Shown here in pieces: positions 18,909 through 24,548 of a stretch of DNA of 43,394 bases. Both the position numbers and the translations under genes were made by a program. This DNA is from Planctomycetota bacterium (lineage in GTDB: Bacteria; Planctomycetota; Planctomycetia; Pirellulales; Thermoguttaceae). Position 1 is the first letter of the stretch. Each line of letters starts with the position of its first letter. Location: NCBI GenBank assembly GCA_015661985.1, contig DQVB01000391.1, positions 1 to 43,394 on the forward strand, read 5' to 3'. The notes under the pieces are model-generated. The model worked only from the letters and a program-made list of their open reading frames with translations. It searched no databases and was not told where the DNA came from.

Positions 18909-19543
18909 CCCAACCCTCACCTGGCACGAACTCTCTCCTCCACCGGCAGCACACCCCAACGACGCCGTCGGATGGGCCAACGCCTGTGAGGGTGACGGAG
19001 AAAACCTCACCGGCAAGCGCCCGGTCCACTGGCCGGCAACGCGACCGCTCGCTGGCCGGCGGCCAACGAGCAGTACCAGTATAGGCCCTCCGCCGCGGGA
19101 AAATCCAGAGGCTTCGGCCAGCCCCGCCGGTCTGAGCAACGCCGCTCCTGTGATTGGCCTCTCCGGGCCCGGGGTGTTTCGCCCCTCAGGCGCGGCAAAA
19201 CGCGGCTCCAACCGCCAGGCGCCGATCCGGCGTGCCGCCCGGCGCAAGTGCCGTCCTCGAAACAGGTTGCCAGCGGCAACAGCCGTAAAGTTGTGCTGTC
19301 CAACCATTGCCCAAGGCGAAAAGCGCGCCGGCTCATAACAGCAGCGATCCGGGCCGTCCAGCCTGCCTGAGACTCTCGTCTTGGCCAATCTCCCTGGCCG
19401 CTACAGCCGGCCCATCCCGACAGGAAGCCAAACAGCCGGCAAGTGCCAGTAGCGTGGCGCAAGCGGCCGGCCGGGCCGCGCGGATCGACCGCTGTTTGCA
19501 CTCTGCCTCCTCCGAACCGACCCTGCCAGCCCCAAGGTAACGC

Positions 19544-20476
19544 TCACGGTACGGATTGGAGAGCCAGGCTAACCAGGTCGTCCAACCGGGCTTCGGCCAC
19601 GCCGATGCAGGTGTCGGCGGCGCCGTAGTAAAGTTTCAAGGTGCCGTCCGGGTCGAGTACATGCCCGCAGGGGAAGACCACGTTGGGCACGTCGCCGGTC
19701 CGTTCGTAGACCTCTTCCGGCCCGAAGATGAAGTGGGGTGTGAAACCGAGGACACGCGAGGGATCGTCGCGATCGAGCATCATGGCCCCCAGCCGGTAGA
19801 GCCGGCCACTGGCGGTGATGCGCACACCGTGGTAGATGACCAGCCAGCCTTGAGGCGTCGGGACGGGCGGGGTGCAGGCCCCGAGTTTCGATTGGCCCCA
19901 ACCGGCCTGTGGGCTGAGCAACACCCGTGCGCGGCCCCAGTATACCAGGTCGGGCGAATAGGTGATCCAGATCGAGGCAGGCCGCTCATCCATGCCGCCG
20001 GGACGGTCAATCATGACGTAGTTGCCATGGATCTTTTCCGGAAACAGCACCGCGTCTTTGTTGTCCACTTCGGTCGCCAGGCAAAGCCGCTCGAAGCGCC
20101 GGAAATCGCGCGTGCGCCCGATGGCCACACGGGGGCCGTGCGGCCCATAAGCCGTGTAGGTGATGTAGTAATCCTGGCCGATCTGCGTGATCCGCGGGTC
20201 TTCGATCCCGTATTGTTCGAAGGGCGCGAAACCGGGGTCCTGGCTCGGCAGGATCCACGGCTCGGGCTCAACCTGGAAGTGGTAGCCATCCTCGGAGAAG
20301 GCCAGCGTCAGATGGCTGAGCCCATCGAGGCCCTCGACGCGCAACACCAGCACGTACCGGTCCTGGAAGCGACAGGCGGCCGCATTGAAGACCGTGTTGC
20401 ACTGGTATGGGATGTGGCTGGCCGTCAGAATGGGATTTCCGGGGTGGCGGCGGAAGGGGATGTACGGCTTGGGCAT
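19544..20476 (-). CDS. glycoside hydrolase family 130 protein (mannoside phosphorylase-like)
   Basis: ATG at 20476 preceded by AAGGTGA. MPKPYIPFRRHPGNPIL...FNAAA...GIEDPRIT...DNKDAVLFPE...YYGAAD is typical of the GH130 beta-propeller. Confidence 0.85.
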   Translation of the reverse strand: MPKPYIPFRRHPGNPILTASHIPYQCNTVFNAAACRFQDRYVLVLRVEGLDGLSHLTLAFSEDGYHFQVEPEPWILPSQDPGFAPFEQYGIEDPRITQIGQDYYITYTAYGPHGPRVAIGRTRDFRRFERLCLATEVDNKDAVLFPEKIHGNYVMIDRPGGMDERPASIWITYSPDLVYWGRARVLLSPQAGWGQSKLGACTPPVPTPQGWLVIYHGVRITASGRLYRLGAMMLDRDDPSRVLGFTPHFIFGPEEVYERTGDVPNVVFPCGHVLDPDGTLKLYYGAADTCIGVAEARLDDLVSLALQSVP

Positions 20477-21708
20477 GCACTCACCTTGGTCTCTATGGGC
20501 AGGTCTTCCCGGGCGATCGACCCGGCATCGGGCGCAGGTGCCCGGCCGGCTCCGGCCGGGGCCAGATCCCCTTCCGGTTCCGGGAAGTAGACGTATCGGC
20601 CCTTGCCGTAGGGCACCTGGACCACTTGATGATAAACGCTCACGTGTTTGCGGGCGATATGGCTCCAGCCTGCACGCTCGCGCACGTACCGGGCCATGTT
20701 CTCCTGGAGACGGCACCTCCGCTGGGGGTCGTTCAAGACTGTCAGGATGGCCTCCACAAACTCCTCGTCCGTGCGGCAGACGATCCCCCCGCCGCTCCGT
20801 TGGATCAAGAGCTGGAAGGCGGGCAGCGCCGAGACCACCGCGGGTCGGCGCAGGGCGAAGCATTGGGCCAGCATCCCGCTCTGGGAGCCCTTCTCGTAGG
20901 GCAGTACGATGCAGTCGGCTGCCGACAGGATCGTGTCAAACGTGTGTTGGGGAAACTGGCCCCGGAGGAACACGATCTGATCCACGACGGGGGACTGGTT
21001 CAGCTGGGTGAACAGCTGGCGCTGATAGTCCTGGGCCTCGATCCCCCGCACCTTGCCGGCCACCACCAGCACCGCATCGGGGTCGCGGCGGCAGATTTCG
21101 GGGAAGAAGTTGAGCACGCGATGGAATCCCTTGCTGGGTCGGAAATAGCCGCAGATCATGACCACCTTCTTGCCTTCCAGGTCCAGCTTGCGCTTGGCGT
21201 CCGGCACCGGTTCAATTTCGCGGATGCCGTGTTCGATCACATGGATCTTCTCGCCGTGGCCGAAATACTGGACCAGTGTCTCCTTCTGGAAAGGCTCGTG
21301 GACGATCACTGCGTCACTTTCGGCCAACACGTTGCGGAGGATGATCCTCTCGTCGCGAGCCGGTTCCGGGTAGACGGTGTGCAGCGTGGTGACCACAGGG
21401 ATGCCGGCCAGCCGGTAGCGGAGGATCAACTCCAGGATGGCTACACTCTTCTGGGACCCGTACAGGGCGAACTCATGCTGGATGTGCATCACGTCGGGCG
21501 TCATCCGCGTGCTGGTGTAGAAGATGTCGGCCGCCAGCGTGGGAGAGTCCGGCTGGTAGACGGGAAAGATCCCCTGGCCCTGCGCCCCGAATTGGCTCAT
21601 CACGAATGTCTCGTTGTCGAGCTTCCGGAGCGCGCGATTCAGGGCTTCGGTATAGGTGCCCACACCGCACTCAATGGGTGGATAACTGGATACGAAGCCG
21701 ATTCGCAT
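20425..21708 (-). CDS. glycosyltransferase family 4
   Basis: ATG at 21708 preceded by GGAGGAG. MRIGFVSSYPPIECGVGTYT followed by a GT-B fold body. The last 52 nt overlap the GH130 start. Confidence 0.88.
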   Translation of the reverse strand: MRIGFVSSYPPIECGVGTYTEALNRALRKLDNETFVMSQFGAQGQGIFPVYQPDSPTLAADIFYTSTRMTPDVMHIQHEFALYGSQKSVAILELILRYRLAGIPVVTTLHTVYPEPARDERIILRNVLAESDAVIVHEPFQKETLVQYFGHGEKIHVIEHGIREIEPVPDAKRKLDLEGKKVVMICGYFRPSKGFHRVLNFFPEICRRDPDAVLVVAGKVRGIEAQDYQRQLFTQLNQSPVVDQIVFLRGQFPQHTFDTILSAADCIVLPYEKGSQSGMLAQCFALRRPAVVSALPAFQLLIQRSGGGIVCRTDEEFVEAILTVLNDPQRRCRLQENMARYVRERAGWSHIARKHVSVYHQVVQVPYGKGRYVYFPEPEGDLAPAGAGRAPAPDAGSIAREDLPIETKVSACPSRTSPSAATPEIPF

Positions 21709-21948
21709 GGCAGCTCCTCCCTGAAGGTCAGGACCCCCGGGCAGCACGGCAGGCCGCCCCTTGTGCCCGGCGGGACGAATGACCAATCACTGGACCGCCA
21801 GCCGGTTCCGCACGTCCGTCGCTGCTCCCAACCCCGCTGCTGGCCGCTCCGACCGACTGGGCGACCCTCCCTGCGGACAACGAAAAAGGCCGCGGGCCCG
21901 TGGGACCGGGGTCCCGCAGCCTCACATGGCAGGAGAAGAGGTCCCGTC

Positions 21949-21970
21949 AAAAGGCGGAAGCAGTTCCGCC
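21949..21970 (-). terminator. intrinsic terminator after the first hsp20
   Basis: Reverse strand: GGCGGAA-CTGC-TTCCGCC followed by TTTTG, about 20 nt after the stop at 21991. Confidence 0.65.
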
Positions 21971-21990
21971 GCCGGTTGTCACGTGCCTCG

Positions 21991-22509
21991 TCAGGCACCC
22001 TTCACTTCGATCCGCTTGCCGCGCGCTGCTTCGGCTTTGGGCAGTCGGACTTCCAACACGCCACTGTGGTACCGGGCTTCGATCTCGTCCTGGTTCACGC
22101 CGTGCGGCAGCGTGAAGGAACGACAGAAGGAGCCGTACCGGTAACGGGCCCGGTGTTTCTCCTCCTTCTCCTCGCGACGCTGGGCACGCACGGTCAACAC
22201 GTTCCCGCTCACCTTGATGTCGAAGTCCTCCGGCTCAAACCCTGGCAGCTCGGCCTGGAACACATACTCGTCCTCGCGGTCCTCCAGATCCATATCCCAG
22301 GCCCAAGGCATCCTTTCGAAATCCTCCCACAGGCGGAGGCTGGGCCAGTCGCTCCACAGGCTCCGTCCGAAGAACCGATCCATCAGCGAATCGATCTCCT
22401 CGCGGAGCCGAGCCAGCGGAAGGAAGTCGTAGTCGTCGTCCCGACGAGGAACGTCGTGACGAACCCGGATGTTGCCGTTCCTCTTCTTCCAAGGAATCAA
22501 GCTCAACAT
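21991..22509 (-). CDS. Hsp20/alpha-crystallin small heat-shock protein (copy 1)
   Basis: ATG at 22509 lies 9 nt after AGGAGG. Alpha-crystallin domain DLEDREDEYVFQAELPGFEPEDFDIKVSGNVLTVRA...GVLEVRLPK. Confidence 0.92.
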   Translation of the reverse strand: MLSLIPWKKRNGNIRVRHDVPRRDDDYDFLPLARLREEIDSLMDRFFGRSLWSDWPSLRLWEDFERMPWAWDMDLEDREDEYVFQAELPGFEPEDFDIKVSGNVLTVRAQRREEKEEKHRARYRYGSFCRSFTLPHGVNQDEIEARYHSGVLEVRLPKAEAARGKRIEVKGA

Positions 22510-22706
22510 CGTCACCACCTCCTTTCCGTTCGTCCCAGCCCGGGCCGGATGGCCCGAGAGCTCGTTGTTGTGTCCTCACAAAACCCGCACAAAGATCGGT
22601 TGCCCTCTCGTCTTCCGCGGAGCCCTTCGCCCGCCCGGCGGATCACCCAGGCAGGCTGCCCCCCGCGGTCGGACATGTCGCTTACGGCCGTCTGTTGACG
22701 CCCCCC

Positions 22707-22747
22707 GGGCCTTCCGGCCGTCTCTTCGGCCACGTCCCGGAAGGCCC
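22707..22747 (-). terminator. terminator-like hairpin after the second hsp20
   Basis: Perfect 11-bp stem GGGCCTTCCGG/CCGGAAGGCCC starting 10 nt after the stop at 22757. There is no U-tract. Confidence 0.5.
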
Positions 22748-22756
22748 AGAACTGCC

Positions 22757-23155
22757 TCACGAGGTCTTCACCTCGATGCGACGGGGCTTGACCTCCTCGG
22801 CCTTGGGCAAGTGCAGCGTCAACTCGCCGTTTTTCAACTCCGCCGAGATCTTTTGAGCATCGATCGATTCACCGATCGTAAAGCTGCGGTAGAAATCACC
22901 GATGCCGTACTCGGCGTAAAGGAAATCAACGTCGTCGTGCCGCGGGCGGACCTTGCCGTGGATGGTCAGCTCCCGATCCTCGAAACGGATGTCCAGGTCC
23001 TCAGGGGCTACACCCGGCAAGTCGCCGTAGAGCACCAGTTCTTCATCGGTTTCGGCGATGTCGAACCGCGGGCTGTAGGTGACGCCGCTGCGAGTGCGTT
23101 CTGCGGTGGTTACCTCCGCGGGCCGTTCTTCTTTCTTGGTCAGTGCATCAGCCAT
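22757..23155 (-). CDS. Hsp20/alpha-crystallin small heat-shock protein (copy 2)
   Basis: ATG at 23155 preceded by AAGGAGG. FDIAETDEELVLYGDLPGVAPEDLDIRFEDRELTIHG...GELTLHLPK. Confidence 0.92.
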   Translation of the reverse strand: MADALTKKEERPAEVTTAERTRSGVTYSPRFDIAETDEELVLYGDLPGVAPEDLDIRFEDRELTIHGKVRPRHDDVDFLYAEYGIGDFYRSFTIGESIDAQKISAELKNGELTLHLPKAEEVKPRRIEVKTS

Positions 23156-23219
23156 GGTCTGGTCCTCCTTTCTTGCGGTTGGCTTGGAATCCGAGAGGAT
23201 CAAGGCCGTGCCGAGGGGC

Positions 23220-23235
23220 GCCGCCGGAAGGCGGC
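23220..23235 (-). terminator. hairpin after the third hsp20
   Basis: GCCGCC-GGAA-GGCGGC stem-loop 20 nt after the stop at 23255. There is no U-tract. Confidence 0.4.
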
Positions 23236-23254
23236 AAACCCCGGGCCATCCGCC

Positions 23255-23704
23255 TCAGCCGGTCTTGACCTCGATCTTCCGAGGCTTGGCCTCCTCACGC
23301 TTGGGCAGGGTGATCGTCAACACGCCGTGCTTCAACTCGGCAGTCACCTTGTCCGCGTCCACCGGGTGCGGAAGCTCGACCAACCGGCTGAAGCTGCCGT
23401 AGCCGCGTTCCTGACGATGCCACGTGCCTCCCTGCAGCTCCGGCTGCCTCCGCTCGCCCTTCAGCGACAGCTGATTCTCACCGGTCACGGTGATCTCCAG
23501 CTCGCTGAGCTCAAAGCCGGGCAACTCCGCCTCCACGTACAGGTTGTCCTCGTCCTCCCACAGGTTCAGCGGCGGGTAGGTTGCCCGAGCCAGCAGCCGG
23601 CCGCCGTCCCAGCCAAACCGGCTGAACAGCCGATCCATCTCCTCCCGGAGTCGGTTCATTTCCGCCATCATGCTCCCAAACGGTTGCCAACGAGTCGTCA
23701 ACAT
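23255..23704 (-). CDS. Hsp20/alpha-crystallin small heat-shock protein (copy 3)
   Basis: ATG at 23704 preceded by AGGAGG. NLWEDEDNLYVEAELPGFELSELEITVTGENQLSLKG...GVLTITLPK. Confidence 0.92.
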   Translation of the reverse strand: MLTTRWQPFGSMMAEMNRLREEMDRLFSRFGWDGGRLLARATYPPLNLWEDEDNLYVEAELPGFELSELEITVTGENQLSLKGERRQPELQGGTWHRQERGYGSFSRLVELPHPVDADKVTAELKHGVLTITLPKREEAKPRKIEVKTG

Positions 23705-23816
23705 GTTCCCACCTCCTTTCGCCACGAAACCAGGTTCGTGAAACGAGCGTCACTGTCCAGGTTGACCGTCGGCCGACCGCCGGTTTTGACAGCCAGCCGT
23801 TTCGTCTGTCCCCGTG

Positions 23817-23832
23817 AGCAACAAGCGTGCCA
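23817..23832 (-). promoter_or_regulatory. sigma-54 promoter upstream of hsp20 copy 3
   Basis: The reverse strand reads AATTGGCACGCTTGTTGCTCAC, which matches the YTGGCACG-N4-TTGCW consensus with exact spacing. The GC element is 114 nt upstream of the ATG at 23704. Confidence 0.6.
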
Positions 23833-23984
23833 ATTGCCCCGGGGGCTGGCGCGGCTGTTTTTGGCCCCAAAAACCGGCTTGCGGACCGCCCGCACCAGGA
23901 TCCAACGCCAAACTGGCCGGCCAGATTGCCCCGGGCAAAAAAGACAATCTGACGTTGCCCCTCGCCGCCGTCCCGAACGAACCG

Positions 23985-24061
23985 TACCGAAGACGGTATG
24001 GTTCTTCCCCGTGTCGAGCTCTTCCCGGGCCCAGCGCGGAAATGCCCAGCCGTGCGCCGTA
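23985..24061. repeat. 77-nt dispersed repeat, copy A
   Basis: Ungapped match to 35000..35076 with 63 of 77 identities. In the core 24011-24048 it is 34 of 38, and all four differences are C/T transitions. Confidence 0.75.
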
Positions 24062-24253
24062 TAGATACGCCGTATGGATATGGGTAGAAAGCCGTGAACT
24101 GTGCTCATATGCCACCAAAGGAGTGGAAGGTGAAGCCAGTCGGGTGGGCCAAGGTCGATCGACCCAGCGACAACCATCTCCCAGCCGGAAGGGGCGGCGA
24201 CGTGTCGATCTGGCCGACCAATGATCCGATGATCGGCCGCAGGTCGGTGGCGG

Positions 24254-24282
24254 TTGACACGGGCGTCTGGGGGGCGTATTTT
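24254..24282 (+). promoter_or_regulatory. sigma-70-type promoter for the cimA leader (TTGACA-N17-TATTTT)
   Basis: TTGACA at 24254-24259, a 17-nt spacer, then TATTTT at 24277-24282. It is an AT-rich island in GC-rich DNA, about 50 nt upstream of the leader ORF. Confidence 0.5.
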
Positions 24283-24331
24283 TTTTTGTGATCGTGGCTG
24301 TGTTGCCCACGTATGTAGTGGAAGTCGTCCG

Positions 24332-24433
24332 ATGGTTCGTCATGTCCGCCCCATCATGATCCGCCTACTGGCCGGCGTGATATCCGCCATTGGGTGGGTT
24401 ATGGTGATTATTATCGGCCCTTGGGGGGCTTGA
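24332..24433 (+). CDS. Ile/Val-rich leader peptide (33 aa) of a candidate cimA attenuator
   Basis: ATG at 24332 lies 7 nt after GGAAG; there is an internal ATG at 24356. The peptide is MVRHVRPIMIRLLAGVISAIGWVMVIIIGPWGA, with 7 Ile and 5 Val. It is below the ORF-track length cut-off. Confidence 0.55.
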   Translation: MVRHVRPIMIRLLAGVISAIGWVMVIIIGPWGA

Positions 24434-24472
24434 GGGCGGCGAGCGGTCGGCGGCAAACCGGTGAAGACGCGA

Positions 24473-24509
24473 GCCCTGAGGCCCCTGGGGTCTCGAGGGC
24501 GTTTTTTTT
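24473..24509 (+). terminator. intrinsic terminator (attenuator) between the leader ORF and cimA
   Basis: GCCCUGAGGCCC-CUG-GGGUCUCGAGGGC forms 12 bp with one bulge, followed by U8 (24502-24509). It ends 40 nt before the cimA ATG. Confidence 0.7.
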
Positions 24510-24548
24510 GCCTCTGGTTTGAGAATCGGGGTTGGAGCTGAGGGAGCG

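Noticed and set aside
20407-22698. 763-aa plus-strand ORF. Similar long ORFs occur at 22469..24064 +, 24411..25922 -, 13229..14626 +, 9856..11349 +, 37662..38945 +, 40070..41479 + and 32603..34120 -.
   Set aside because: All are antisense to genes with clear family signatures. They are Arg/Gly/Pro/His-rich with no recognisable motifs. These are typical shadow ORFs of GC-rich DNA.
22519-23254. Sigma-54 promoters upstream of hsp20 copies 1 and 2 (GGGCAACCGATCTTTGTGC and CGGCACGGCCTTGATC).
   Set aside because: The GG-to-GC spacing is off by 1-4 nt and the -12 GC is missing. Only copy 3 has a consensus element.
23976-24006. Group II intron domain V-like hairpin (GAACCGUACCG-AAGA-CGGUAUGGUUC) at the start of repeat copy A.
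   Set aside because: It is too short (26 nt against about 34 nt) and lacks the AGC triad and the 2-nt bulge. Copy B does not conserve the outer stem. There is no intron-encoded RT or other intron domain nearby.
23985-24061. The 77-nt repeat as a conserved protein-coding segment (shared peptide in ORFs 23698..24177 and 34974..35252).
   Set aside because: The 16 mismatches over the 77-nt match plus its 4-nt 3' flank (35000-35080) fall 6, 6 and 4 on codon positions 3, 2 and 1, so there is no synonymous bias. Both host ORFs are otherwise junk. I treat it as a non-coding repeat.
24094-24291. 65-aa plus-strand ORF with AAAGGAG-N6-GTG at 24117-24132 (VKPVGWAKVDRPSDNHLPAGRGG...).
   Set aside because: The RBS and GC3 are decent. 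However, it has no recognisable family, ends in the poly-T of the predicted cimA-leader promoter, and overlaps that promoter. I cannot support it without conservation or expression data.
24342-24359. 5-codon mini-ORF ATG TCC GCC CCA TCA TGA overlapping the internal ATG of the leader peptide.
   Set aside because: It is out of frame with the leader and has no RBS of its own. It is most likely incidental.
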